Positions 11,713 to 24,370 of a DNA stretch of 64,000 nt are shown piece after piece. The notes below the pieces were generated by a model, which did not search any database, was not told the origin of the DNA, and saw only the letters and a program-made list of their open reading frames with translations. The stretch covers positions 170,068,001-170,132,000 of the forward strand of contig NC_086097.1 in NCBI RefSeq assembly GCF_963921235.1, read 5' to 3'. The number at the start of each line of letters is the position of its first letter. The stretch's first letter is position 1. The stretch is from Mobula hypostoma. Lineage: Eukaryota. The position numbers and the translations under genes were made by a program.

Positions 11713-12045
11713 CCGTCAACACAGAATTCTATCAACAAGAACGTCGAAATGAACCCAGTTTACATCCCACTTCAGCGTCAAGTTATCAGTCCAAAGCCAA
11801 GAGCCAATTTACACCTGATTACACGCGTCAATCAATGAGGACGACATTAATCCTACACAACGGTCGACTAAAACACAGCCCGGACAACAATAATCACCTA
11901 ATCGATTTTAACGAACCAATCGCGGATTACATAATCGGTAACCAGTAGAAATGGCACACACACGAAAAAAAAATCACAGGACACATAAAAAACGAAATGT
12001 CTGCAAGCTAACAAGCCAGCTCCATGAGCCACTCAACAACAACAT
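11713..12045 (+). mobile_element. 3' fragment of a second Penelope-like family (GIY-YIG C-terminus + 3' repeat)
   Basis: Reads STQNSINKNVEMNPVYIPLQR, resembling the NSINKH..LDP.Y.PL C-terminal motif of Penelope endonucleases; ends acGAAATGTCtgcaagctaacaagccagctc (HHR 3' half-like). Confidence 0.6.
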
Positions 12046-12065
12046 TATTGGCTAGTTTGCACTCA

Positions 12066-13296
12066 TGTTTCACCTTTTCCCCTCTCAGAGCTTTTCAGAT
12101 GCCTTTTGTTGGATTTTAAAAACTTCCCAATCACTTTTGCTACCTTTTCTGCCCTTTCCTTGGCTTTTATGCAGTCCTTAATTTCCCTTATCAGCCAAGG
12201 TTGCTTAGCCCTGTCATTTGAGACTGCTGAGGGATATATCTATCCTCTGCCTTGTGCACTATTCCCTGAAACTTCAGCCACCTCTACTCTGCTGAGACCC
12301 CCACCAGTATCCCCTTCAAATCCACCTGGGCAAGCTCCTCTCTCATGCTTCTATGATTTTCTTTATTCCATTGTAACACTGATAGATGTGATTTATGCTT
12401 CTCTCTCTCAAACTGCAGTATGAATTCAATCATATTATGATCACTATCTCCTAAAGGTTCCTTAATGTTAAGCTCCTTAATAGGATCTGGGTTATTACAC
12501 AACACCCAATCTAAGATAGCCATTCCCCTAGTAGACTCAAGCACAAGCTACTCTAAAAAGCCACCTTGTAGGTATTCAACAAATTCCCTTTCTTGCGATC
12601 CGACACCAACCTGATTTTCCCAATCCCCCTGCATGTTGAAGTCCCCCACTACAATTGTGACATTACCCTTATTACATGCCTTTTCCAGCCCGCTTGCATC
12701 TCAACCCCACATCTTGGCTACTGCTTGAAGACCTACATATGATTCCCATAATGTTTTTTTAACCTTTGCAGTTTCTTAATTCCACACAAAGATTCAACAT
12801 TCTCTGCTCCTATGTCACCTCTTTCTAAAGATGTAATTCCATCTCTTACCAACAGAGTCACACCACTGCGTATGCCTTCCTGACTGTCCATTTGATACAA
12901 AGTACATCCTTTGATGTTAAGCTCCCAAGTATGGCCTTCTTTCAGCCATGACTAAATGATGCCTGCAACGTCATACTGACTAATCTCTAATTGCATCATG
13001 AGTTTGTCTACCTTATTCCGAATGCTATGTGGGTTTAAATACAACACCTTCAGTCCTGCATTCTTTGTCCTATTGAATTTTGCCTCTTTGCTCTGTCTGC
13101 ATTTGTACCCAATTATTGGCTTATCCTTCCTTACATTCATCTTACACCCATCATCCACTTGTAAACCTGCTGGCTCATCCTCATCTCTATCACACTGGTT
13201 CCCATCCCTCTGTCATATTAGCTTAAACCACTCCCAACAGCTCTAGTAAATGTGCCTGCAAGAATATTGGTCCCCTTTGGATTCAAGTGCAAACTG
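12066..13296 (-). mobile_element. CR1 ORF1 end + APE region, minus strand
   Basis: LHLNPKGTNILAG, LKVLYLNPHSIRNKVD, EPLGDSDHNMIEF on minus strand. Confidence 0.85.
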
Positions 13297-14570
13297 TTAT
13301 TGGAAGGTATTCTAAGAGGGAGGATATATAAGTATTTGGATAGACAGGGATTGATTAGGGATAGTCAACATGGCTTTGTGCCTGGTAAGTCAGTCTAATC
13401 AAACTTACAGAGTTCTTTTGAGGAAGCTACTGGGAAAGCTGAAGGTGGTTAATGTTGTCTATGTGGACTTTAGCAAGACATTTGATAAGGTCCTGCATGT
13501 AAGGTTGGTCAAGAAGGTTCAATTGCTTGAATTCAAGATGAGGTAGTAAACTGGTTTAGACATTAGTTTCGCAGAAGAAGCCAGAGAGTGATTGTAGATT
13601 GTTGCCTCTCTAACTAAAGGCCTGTGACTAGCGGTGTGCCACAGGGATAGGTGCTGTGTCTATTTTTGTTTGTCATTTATATCAACGATCAGATGCTATG
13701 TAGTAAACTGGGTCAGCAAATTTGAGGATGTCACCAGGACTGGGGGTATAGTGGACAGTGAGGAACACTATCAAAACTTGGGTGGGATCTGGACCAGTGG
13801 GTGAAATGAGCTAATTCAAACACGTGAGGTGTTGCACTTGAGAGGACCGACTAAGGTAGGTCTTATGTAATGAGTTGTAGGGCACTAAGGAGTGTGGTAG
13901 AACATAGAGATCTGCGGATACAGATCCAAAATTCCTTGGAAGTGGTGCATTTTGGCCTTCATAAGTCAATTTATTGAGTACAGAAGTTGAGGAGTAATGT
14001 TGAAATTGCATTAGATGTTGGTGAAGCCTAATTTGGAGTATTGTTTCCAGTTTTGGTCACCTATCTACAAGAAAGACATGAATAAGATTGAAAGCATGCA
14101 GAGAAATTTTACAAGGATGTTTCAGGGACTTGAGGACCTGAGTTATAGGGAAAGTTTCAATAGGTTAGGACTTTATACTCGTGAATGTAAAAGATTGAGG
14201 GGAGAATTGAGTGTAGTATACAAAATTGTGAGGGGTAAATGCAAGCAAGCTTTTTCCACTGAGGTTAGGTGAGACTACAACTAAAGGCCATGGGCTACAT
14301 TTGAACTTTGAAATGTTTACAGTGAACATGAGGGGGATCTCCTTCGCTCAGAGTGGTGAGAGTGTGGAACGAGCTGCCAGCACAAGTGGTGGGTGCATGT
14401 TCGATTTCAACATTTAAGATATATTTGGACAGGTACATAGATGGGAAGGGTATGGAGGGCTATGATCTGGGTGCAGGTCGACGGGACGCTGCAGATTAAT
14501 GGCTTGGCATGGACTAGATGGGCTGAAGGGCGTGTTTATGAGCTGTAGTGTCTTATGATACTATGACTCT
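13297..14570 (+). mobile_element. Decayed CR1 RT to 3' end
   Basis: LLEGILR..YKYLDRQGLIRDSQHGFV; PNLEYCFQFWSP; ctatgact tail. Confidence 0.88.
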
Positions 14571-15401
14571 AGGAAAACTCTTGGCTTTACTTGGAATACA
14601 GTCTCACAGGTATGGCACTAAGGGCAAGGTTCTATAGTTTTAACAGTGACTTTTAAATCCATAGGCTAGAATAAATTTGTAAGTCAGCACCATTTTTAGA
14701 AGCAATGGACTGGGGCAGTAATTTAATTAATTTTATTAACTTCCCTGCAACCATTATGAAGGAAGATACAGCTTCAGCATGGTTCCTGGAAGGCTTTTGT
14801 TTTCATGCGCAATGTTGACTTAATTGGTTTGTCAATTAGGATGAAAAAATATCCTGGAGTACAAAGATGAATATGTATGACAACTAATAAGCATCAGTGT
14901 TATATTCAGATATTGCAGGAAAATTGTGCAAAATGATCACCTGCTATGGTGAAAGAGTCTGTAATGTCTTTCTCAGGCAAACCTTATCTCTGTTGTGAGA
15001 CAATAATGAACAAATGTATATAATGTAGTAAATAACAATAACTGCTCAGGTAGATACTACCCCATGATCTGGTTGAATTAAGCAACAGTCTTGATGTGTT
15101 TAATTCTGTTTCCAAAAGAATGTACTCGTTAGAAAGGGAGTGCAGCAAAGATTTCCCATACTCTTCCCTGTGAAGGCAGGTCTGTCATAACAGGGGAGAC
15201 TCAGTAAATTAGGCCTTTAATTCTTAGATAAATATTATGTGGAGATTTGTGACAAATATGATTATATGATATATATGTACAGTATCTGAATTACATCTTA
15301 TGGAAATAACAGGAATTCTGCAGATGCTGGAAATTCAAGCAACATCCATCAAAGTTGCTGGTGAACGCAGCAGGCCAAGCAGCATCTGTAGGAAGAGGTG
15401 C

Positions 15402-15437
15402 AGTCGACGTTTCAGGCCGAGACCCTTCGTCAGGACT
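15402..15437 (-). ncRNA. Minimal type I hammerhead ribozyme motif
   Basis: Reverse complement agtc CTGACGA agggtctcggcct GAAA CGTC gact: stem I agtc/gact, stem II agg/cct, loop-less ACGU stem III, GUC site. Confidence 0.8.
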
Positions 15438-15829
15438 AACTGAAGGAAGAGTGAGTAAGGGATTTGAAAGTTGGAGGGGGAGGGGGAGATCCAAAATGAT
15501 AGGAGAAGACAGGAGGGGGAGGGATAGAGCCGAGAGCTGGACAGGTGATAGGCAAAAGGGGATACGAGAGGATTCTTTCTTTCTTTCTTTCTCTCACTCT
15601 CCTTTTTCTCCCTCTGTCCCTCTGAATATACCTCTTGCCCATCCTCTGGGTCCCCCCCTTCCTTGTCTTTCTTCCCGGACCTCCTGTCCCATGATCCTCT
15701 CGTATCCCCTTTTGCCTATCACCTGTCCAGCTCTCGGCTCTATCCCAACCCCTCCTGTCTTCTCCTATCATTTTGGATCTCTCCCTCCCCCTCCAACTTT
15801 CAAATCCCTTACTCACTCTTCCTTCAGTT

Positions 15830-15865
15830 AGTCCTGACGAAGGGTCTTGGCCTGAAACGTCGACT
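15830..15865 (+). ncRNA. Minimal type I hammerhead ribozyme motif
   Basis: agtc CTGACGA(15834-15840) agggtcttggcct GAAA CGTC gact; predicted cleavage after 15861. Confidence 0.8.
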
Positions 15866-16149
15866 GCACCTCTTCCTACAGATGCTGCTTGGCCTGCTGC
15901 GTTCACCAGCAACTTTGATCTTATGGAAATGTTTGTTTGATGATGAAATTCAATAAAAAATAAATTACAAAAAAAAGAAAAAACATTAGAAGATTGAGAA
16001 TTTGCAGAATGAGTCGCAGACTCATAGAATCATACAACACAGGAACAGGCCTTAGGTCCAAATTGTCTGTGTTGACCAAAGTGCCCAACTAAGCTTGTCC
16101 CATTGGCCTGCTTTTGATCCACATCCCTTTCCTGTCATGTACTTGTCCA

Positions 16150-17230
16150 GATAAGACCATTATAGCTTAAGATATAGGAGCAGAATTGGGCCATTTGGCC
16201 CATCGAGTCTGCTCCTCCTCTCAGCCCTAATCTTCTGCTTTCTCCCTGTATCCCTTCATACCCTGGCCAATCAATAATCTATCAACCTCTGCCTTCAATA
16301 GACATAAAAACTTGGTTTCCAAGACTACTAGACAGGTATTGAGACTACTAGACAGATATATGGAGGAATTTAAGGTGGGGGGTTATATGGGAGGCAGGGT
16401 TTAAGGGTCAGCACAACATTGTGGGCTGAAGGGCCTGTACTGTGCTGTACTATTCTATGTTCTAATTTTCTATGTTTTCCACAGCTGCCTGTGGCAGAGA
16501 ATTCCACAGATTCACCACTCTCCATCTAAAGAAATTCTTCCACATTTCCATTCTAAAAGGACACCCTTCTATTCTGAAGCTGTGACCTCTGGTCTTAGAA
16601 TCTCCCACCATCCTTTCCCATCCACTCTATCAAGGCCTCTCACCATTTGATAGGTTTCAATGGGTCACCCCTCATTCTTCTGAATTCCGGTGAATACAGG
16701 CCCAGAGACAACAAACATTCTTCATATGACAAGTTATTCAATCCTGGAATCATTTTTGTGAACCTCCTTTGAACCCTCTCCAGTTTCAGCCCATTCTTTC
16801 TAAGGTAAGGGGCCCAAAACTGCTCACAATACTCAAGTGAGGTCTCACCAGTGCTTTATAAAGTTTCAACATTACATCCTTGCTTTTATATTTTAATTCC
16901 TCTTAAAATGAATGTGAACATTGTATTTGCCTTCCTCACCACAGACTAAACCTGTAAGTTAACCTTTAGGGAATCCTGCACAAGGACTCCTAAGTCCTTT
17001 TGCACCTCAACTTTTTGTATTTTTTCTCCTTTTATTTCTTTTACCAAAGTGCATGACCATACACTTTCCGACACCGTATTCCATCTGCTATTTCTTTGCT
17101 CATTCTCCTGATTTGTCTAAGCCTTTCTGTAGCCTCTCTACTTCCTCAAAACTACCTGCCCCTCCACCTACCTTCATATCCTCTGCAAACTTTGCAACAA
17201 AGCTATCAATTCCATCATGCAAATCATTGA
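16150..17230 (-). mobile_element. CR1 RT 3' portion with small nested plus-strand CR1 tail (~16320-16475)
   Basis: Minus-strand DGIDSFVAKFAEDMKVGG; CR1 tail. Confidence 0.8.
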
Positions 17231-17906
17231 AAAATCTTGCTAATGCCTCAGTTACCTTCTCTGGAAGCTTGTTCCATAACAAATGACTTCATCGAAACTT
17301 GCAAATTATTCAGGAGGTGTGACAGAGAAATTGTTGGGAGGATGTTTTCCCAAGCTAATGAGTCTAGAATAGGAGTCACAATATCAGATTAAGGTATAAG
17401 ATGTTTAGGACTGTGATAAAACAGAAATAACTTCTCTTAGCTGCTGGAATTCTCTGCCCTGGAAAGCTGTGGAGGGGGTGAGTCAGTCATTGATTGCATT
17501 TGAAATAAGGATTGATATCTTTCAGAATATTAGAGGAATCAAAGGAGATGGATATGGGGCAGGAAAGTGGTGTTCAAGGTAGATGCCATGATTTTGTTGA
17601 ATGACAGAACATGGTTGAAGGGCCAACTGGTCTACTTAAAGAGCCAGGGTTAATATAAGTAATTCAGTTTTTTTCAGCAGGATATACTACAGGATCCCTG
17701 TGCAGCAAATCTCTATACTTTCTGTTTCGTGTATTTTAATTGGCTTTTGAAGTTACTGGGAAATAGTCTTGTGCACATTATTGAAGTGATTATGTGGGAA
17801 AATACTGCTACTCAAAAGAACAATTTAGATATGAAATAGTAGTCTAGAAGACCATTAATAAAACATGTCTGTAAAGGAAAGTAAAGTTATTTTGTGCCTA
17901 TTACAG

Positions 17907-17949
17907 TATTTTTCAGTTAGTAGTTGGGTTGGACACAGAGGTTCTGCTG
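17907..17949 (+). other. Weak candidate internal exon (unidentified gene)
   Basis: ttttgtgcctattacAG ... G|GTAAGT in non-repetitive DNA; reads YFSVSSWVGHRGSA; no recognised homology. Confidence 0.15.
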
Positions 17950-18174
17950 GTAAGTAAGTTTCTAGATAAGTTTGGTCCACTATTAGAACCAAACTAACTC
18001 TTTCACTTTGGATGAACATTAATGTTCATGGAGAGGAAAAGTTTAGAGAGATATGGGACAAGCCTAAGCAAATGGGAGAGCCTAGAGGGGTATCCTTATT
18101 AGCATGGATGAGTTGGGCCAAAGGGCCTGTTTCCCTATTGTATGACGATATTAATAACCATATTTCTAGGTTAT

Positions 18175-18930
18175 GTCCCTGTGCAGTTGTCACCACTGGT
18201 GTTTCACAGCTCCAACGACCTGGTTCTCTCACATCCAGGGACTCTGTGGGAGGGTCTGTGGAATAGGTTTGGTAATATGCACATTCCAGCCAATTATTAT
18301 TTAATTGTGGTGGTACTTAACTCCCCTCCTCCTGTTCCAGTCTTGTTGAGACTTGGCCAAAATCAGAGCAATGTCAACACTCCCTGCTTACCGTTGTCCT
18401 GGATCCTGGAAAGAAGATTACTGTTTAGATTGACGCAGTTAAGGAGCGGTATTTATGTAAAATTAAGCCATTTCTGCTAAGCTGCTGTCTCAGTGATAGC
18501 TTTCATTTGACGGTTCTAGTTAACAGCCCTGTTGGCCTAATGTTTATTGTTTTTTCTTTATTTCTGCATAGTTCCCATTAGAAGTCAGTAAACCGTTGAT
18601 CCATTTTAGTGTCTCCCTCCCACCATGCTTGGGCCATAAATGCACATTCTGTCAGGTTTGATCCTGACCTTGGGTGCTGCCTGTGTGAAGTTCCTCGCTG
18701 TTCACGATATCCATATGGATCTCCCTAGGTGCTCCCGTTTCCTCACACATCTTAAAGATGTGTCGATACTTTATTAAGCTAATGTAACTTAGACCCACAG
18801 TGCAGGCTAGAGGCTAAAGAATCCGAAGGGAATTGATGGGCTTGGGATACATGGAATTGGGAAATATGGCATTGTTTTGTTGGGAGCTGGCATGGACACA
18901 GTGGGCTGAATGGCCTCTTTCTGCCTGACA
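18175..18930 (+). mobile_element. V-SINE interrupted by an LTR-like insertion (~18226-18654)
   Basis: SINE head tcacagctccaacgacctgg resumes ggtttgatcctgaccttggg at 18655; insert is homologous to 43225-43557 (ttccagccaatta, ttaactccc, ttagattgac); possible ggtt TSD. Confidence 0.6.
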
Positions 18931-20289
18931 GTAACTAAGTATAAGAAATTAATTATGAACTGATGCACTGTGGATGAGCGAGCACAGCTTCTCTGAATTA
19001 ACACAGAGTGCCATCCAATTGAATATTGGAAAAATCTGATTGCAGTGGTGATGGAGCAGCAGGGATTTACCAGGGTTCTGCCCGGACTGGAGCATTTCAG
19101 TTACACAGAGATGATGTATAGGCTGGGATTATTTTCCCTGGCGTGATGGAGGCTGAAGGGTTACCTAATAGAGGAATAGAAATTAAGAAAGGAGATGGAT
19201 AGTGCAGAGAGTAAAAATCTATTTTCCATGATTGGCAAAGATAAGAGGGCATATAATGGCATTTAAGCTGAGAGAGGTGCTGAGGGAGACTTTTTTTACA
19301 CAGTGGTTAGAATCTACAGAGCACCCCCAGAGGAGGTGATGGGCCCTGTGACCCTCAACTTTAAGAAACAACCTGATTCACCAAGACAGAGAAGGCTACT
19401 GAGGTAATTTGGGCAAATGAGATGGATGTCGATATTACAATGTATTACTTGGACATTGGGGGCTGAAGGGCCTGCTTCTATCCTTTTTGCCTCAAACTTT
19501 GCTGAGGCAAATATTGGGTGGCGATCAACATGCTGTGACTTGGTAGTCGTAAGCGGATAGGTGCTGGAGATCGGAAGGTGATATCCTATCAGACCACAGA
19601 AAAACTACAGTTAGCTGATGCTGAGAATCACACCGCAGATCCACCCAGCACAATAGGTCATCTGCAAAAGATGCACGTGTACAGCTCTTTTTAAAATGTA
19701 CTTATTTTGCAGGATGTGAGCATCTCTGGCGAGTGCAGAATGTAGAATCATCGCATTGAGGAGTACCACTGCACAGAAATAGGCTATTCGGCCCATCTAG
19801 TTCATGTTTGCCTAGTTTACTGCCTAGTCCCATCTACCTGCATCTGGACCATTGTCCTCCATACCTCCCTCGTCCATGTATCTATCCAAACTTCTCTTAA
19901 ATATCACAATTAAACCCATATCTACCACTTTTGATGACAGCTCATTCCATACTTGCACCGCCTCTGAAATTTCCTTTAAATATTTCACCTTTCATCCTAA
20001 ATCTATGACTTCTAGTTCTAGTTTCACTGAACTTGAGGAGAAAAGGTCTGCATGTATTTACCATATCTGTATCCTTCATAATTTTACCCACGTATTGCCC
20101 ATCCCAAAATGTCCTTCAGAACGAGGTAGTGAACTACTGTACCTTCTAGTGAAGGTGCTCTTACAATATTATTGGCTACAGAGTTCTATGATTTAGATTC
20201 AGCAATGATGAAGGAGCACTGATAGATATCAAAGTTAGAATGATATCCGTCTCTCAAGAATTAACTCTGGACAATGCAATGCGAGGATA

Positions 20290-20470
20290 GAGACCGCAGA
20301 TGCTGTGATCTAGAGCAACACGAAGTGCTAGAGGAACTCAACAAGTCAGGCAGCATCTATGAAGGGAGGTTGACATTCCAGATGAAGGATCTTAACTTGA
20401 AATGTCAACTATTCATTTCTCTCCATAGATGCTGCCTGATCCACTGAGTTCCTCCAGCACTTTGTGTGCT
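20290..20470. mobile_element. Older PLE fold-back with degenerate hammerhead
   Basis: Inverted arms gaggaactcaacaagtcaggcagcatctatg / catagatgctgcctgatccactgagttcctc; ccagatgaaggatcttaacttgaaatgtc. Confidence 0.75.
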
Positions 20471-20645
20471 AAGCTTGTCTTTCAACCACCAGCATGTACA
20501 TGGGGCAGGGCAAAGCCTGCCAGAGTTAGCTGGAGTCTGAAGGATAAGTGATGATTCTTCTCAGAATGCTTCCAGTCAGAGATTGGGCTATTAGCCACTA
20601 GACTATTAGTTCATTGACATCCAGCCTCATCAATGTTCTCTGCAG

Positions 20646-20716
20646 AGACTGCTGTATCTAATGAGGAATGCCACAGAGAATACCCGAAGGATTTCAGCCA
20701 GAGGCTTGCATTGAAG
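20646..20716 (+). other. Weak candidate internal exon (unidentified gene)
   Basis: gttctctgcAG ... AAG|GTGATA; open frame ETAVSNEECHREYPKDFSQRLALK, phase-compatible with 17907-17949. Confidence 0.15.
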
Positions 20717-21649
20717 GTGATAGCTTTGCACGGCTGCTTGGAGTTGCATTGCCTTTAGAGAATGGTTCAGTTATTGGTAATCATAAATTATAATGAAGTT
20801 ACCAATGTATTCGTAGACAAAGGAGCATACTACACATGCATAATTTTTACACTAAGGCTGAACAATAGTGTGTCTCTTTGGGATTTGTGCTACATATTAT
20901 TAAATGAATATGAGCTGAATTAGGTCAGTTCTGATTAGCTGAGTGAGTAGCTAGAGACAGTCTAATTGGGACACTTCAATGCTCAGATGCACCTTTCTGT
21001 TCCATAAGCCAATAAAAACTGTGCTTTTTTAATTTTTAAGAAAATTAAAACAAAAATCCCTTGAATATTGATTGAAAGAGTCTGATGATTACAGACTTGA
21101 AGGTACTGTCTTATCAAGAGTAGACTGGCTCATCCTCAAGCATTACACTTACAGTCATAGACAGCCCCTTGGCCCATCTGGTCCTTACTGACCAGGATTT
21201 CCATTGAAGATAGCTGCATTTGCCTGCATCCCTCTCAATATTTCCTATCTATGTGGCTGCCCAACTGTATTTTAATTGCTGTTTGTTTACATGCCTCAGT
21301 CACTTCCTCTGGCAGCCTATTCCATATGTGGATCACCTTCTGGATGTAAAAGTTTTCCCAGAGATTCCTATTAAATCTCCCCCTCTCTCCTTAAACCCAT
21401 ATCCTGTGTTTCTTGATTCTCCAACCATGAAAAAAGACTATGCAATGTCACCCTGTCTCTGCTCCTCATCATTTTATAGACCTCTGTAAGATCACCCCTC
21501 ATTCTCCTATGTTCCAGTGAATGAAGTCCTAACCTGCTTAACCTCTCTCCATGACCCAGTCACTTGAGTCCCAGTTAGATGCTTATAAATCTCCTTTGTA
21601 CTCTCTCCAGATATCAGAAAAATAGAAGAAAACAAAGAAAAGGCAAGCA

Positions 21650-21985
21650 ATTATGCATTTCTATAGCACCTTCCACAACACCAGTGTGCTTTGCAACTGA
21701 CCTAATGCTTTTTGAAGTGTTGACATAATTTTAATGTAGAGAACATAGCAGCCAAGCAAGATCCCCTAACAGCAATGTTATAATAACTAAGCATGATTTT
21801 TTTTGTTTGAGGGATGAAGTTTGAAATAACTCCACCCAACATGACAGACCATGTCTCTGTCTGACACTGTACCCAAATGATAGCGTTTCTGACAGTTCAG
21901 CCCTCCCTTAGACTATACTCAAGTGTTGGATTTGAACCCAGAACCTTCTGACTCAGTGGGATGTAAGCTTGTCATTGAGTGTCAC
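21650..21985 (-). mobile_element. Deu-SINE (SacSINE1/AmnSINE-like) remnant
   Basis: tttgaacccagaaccttctgactcag (B-box side) and tctgacagttcagccctccct Deu-domain-like motif. Confidence 0.55.
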
Positions 21986-23149
21986 CCAACAATCTCCAGA
22001 CTCTTCTAACTTATTTTGGATTAACATTATTGACTGTTTTTACTAACCTGTCCATTAAACTTGAATCATCTAATGGAAGAAACATTATCTCACTTACCAG
22101 TGGAAACAACATTCCTGCTTCTATCTTACGTATTCCTTTCATAATGCTATGTTTCTATAAGATCCTCTCTCATTCTTCTGAATTAGTATAATTGCGGATG
22201 ACTCAATCCCTCCTCATAGGCTAACCTCCTCATCTCTAGAATCAAGCTGGTGAACCTCCTCTGCACTGCCTCCAAAGCCAGTATATCTTTCCTCAATAAG
22301 GAGACCAGAACTACACTTCCGCCTTAAATGCTCTGCCACAGACTGTGGTGGAGGCCAAGTCTGTGCATATATTTAAGGCGGAAGTTGATCATTTCCTGAT
22401 TGGTCAGGGCATCAAAGGATATAGCGAGAAGGCAGGTGTATGGGATTGAGTGGGATCAGGGATCAGCCATGATAGGATGGTGGAGCAGACTCGATGGCTG
22501 AATGGCCTAATTCTGCTCCTATATCTTATGGACTTATTGTCTTATGCACACAGTACTCCAGGTCCAGCCTTACCTGCACAGTTGCAGCATAACCTCCCCA
22601 CTCTGAAATTCAGTCTCTCTAGCAATGAAGGCCAACATTATGTTTGCCTTCTTGATAACCTACTTTTTAAGTAAAGCTAAATTCAAAATTCTTTAGGAGT
22701 TTGACTGGGAAATTGTGGAGTTAGTGGTTCTTCTGTTGCAGTGCTTGGTTCTTGATGTCACAATCCCAGAATAAGAAGTCAGCCATTCAGGACTTAAAAC
22801 ATAATCAGTAGTTGGTTTATTATTATACATTTATCAAGATACAGTGAAAAGCTTTAGTTTGCAAGCCATCCATACCTAAGTACATTAAGGTAGTACAATA
22901 GGAAAAATTAACAAGACTGCAAAATAAAGTATCAGTTACAAAGAGCAATGGCTAGTAAGAGGCAAGGTCATTCTGAAATAGCGTAATAGTATCATAGTTA
23001 TAGAGCACTACAACACAGAAGCAGGCCCTTCAGCCCATCTAGTCTGTACCAAACTGGTCTTCTGTCTAGTCCCATCTACCTGCACTTGGAGCATAGCCCT
23101 TTTTTACTTCTCTCATCCCTGTACCTACCCAAATTTGTCTTAAATGTTA

Positions 23150-24370
23150 TAATCGGTGAATGGCAGGGCACTGAGGAGTGTGGTAGAACAAAGGGATCTA
23201 GGAGTACAGGTCCATAATTCGTTGAATGTGGTGTTACAGGTAGAAAGGGTCGTAAAGAAAGCTTTTTGCACATTGGCCTTCATAAATCACATTTGTGAGG
23301 TCTAGTTTGGAGTGTTGTGTACAGTTTTCGTTACCTGCCTACAGAAAATATGTAAATAAGAGTACAGAGAAAATTTACAAGTATGTTGCTAGGTCTGGAA
23401 ATCCTGAGTTATAAAGAGAAGTTGAACAGGTTAGAAGTTTATTTCCTCAAATATATTAGACTGAGGGGAGATTTGATAGGTGTATACAAAATTATGAAGG
23501 GTATAGATAGGGTAAATGCAAGCAGGCTTTTTCTGAGGTTGGGTCAGACCACAAGTAGAGGTAATAGGATAAAGCTGAAATGTTGAGGGGGGAACATCTT
23601 CACTCAGAAACTTCTTCACTCAGAGGGTGGTGAGAGTGTGGAGCGAGCTGCCAGCACATGTGGTGGATGTGATTTCTATTTCAAAGTTTAAGAGAAGTTT
23701 GGATAGGAACATGGATGGGAAGGTCTATGTCTGGGGTGCAGGTCAATGGATCTAAGCAGTTTAAATGGTTTGGCATGGACTAGATGGGCTGCAGTTTCTG
23801 TGCTGTAGTTTTCTATGACTCTATGACTCTAATTGCTAAGGCATATAAACTATGCCAGCTTACGGAATTAGTTTAGAGAGATAGTTGATAATCAGCATGG
23901 AGAGAATGAACTGAAGAACAGTTTATTGTGCTGTATGAGTCTGTTTCGATGAGGAGGATCAATGAGGAAAGGTTGAGTGAGCTAGAACTTTTCTCTTTGG
24001 AACAGAGAAGGATGAAAGCTATGTAAGCTTATCAGAGGCATAGATAGGGTGGAAAACCAGCACCTTTTCCTCAGGGCAAAAATGGCTAATAATAGAGGAC
24101 ATCCTTTTAAGGTGGGTGAAGGAACGTTTAGGGAGATGTCAGGCATAAGTTTTTACTCAGAGAGTGGTAAGTGCCTGGAATGCAGTGTCAGGGGTGGTGG
24201 TGGAGGCTGATACATTAGGGACATTGAAGAGACTCTTAGGCAAATGGATGGTAGGAAAATGGAGGGCTGTGTGGGAGGAAAGGATTAGGTTGACTTTGGT
24301 GTAGGTTAAAAGGTCGGTCCAACATTGTGGGCCAAAGAGCCTCCCTGTACTTTACTGTTCTATGTTCTAA
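23150..24370 (+). mobile_element. Two CR1 3' fragments
   Basis: LRGDLIGVYKIMKGIDRVN; CR1 tails at ~23830 and ~24370. Confidence 0.8.

Larger units (their letters stand above)
15308..15917. mobile_element. Fold-back Penelope-like terminal-repeat element, young
   Basis: 226-bp inverted arms 15348-15573/15694-15919 (~4 mismatches), 120-nt pyrimidine spacer, 40-bp tail on left; TSD atcttatggaaat at 15295-15307 and 15918-15930. Confidence 0.9.

Noticed and set aside
15355..15912. Mirror 158-aa ORFs on both strands with the same N-terminus
   Set aside because: Artefact of the inverted repeat; low-complexity sequence with no domain.
2435..15930. Shared ATCTTA in the two young PLE TSDs as a target motif
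   Set aside because: Only two sites, and in opposite orientation relative to the element tail; insufficient evidence.
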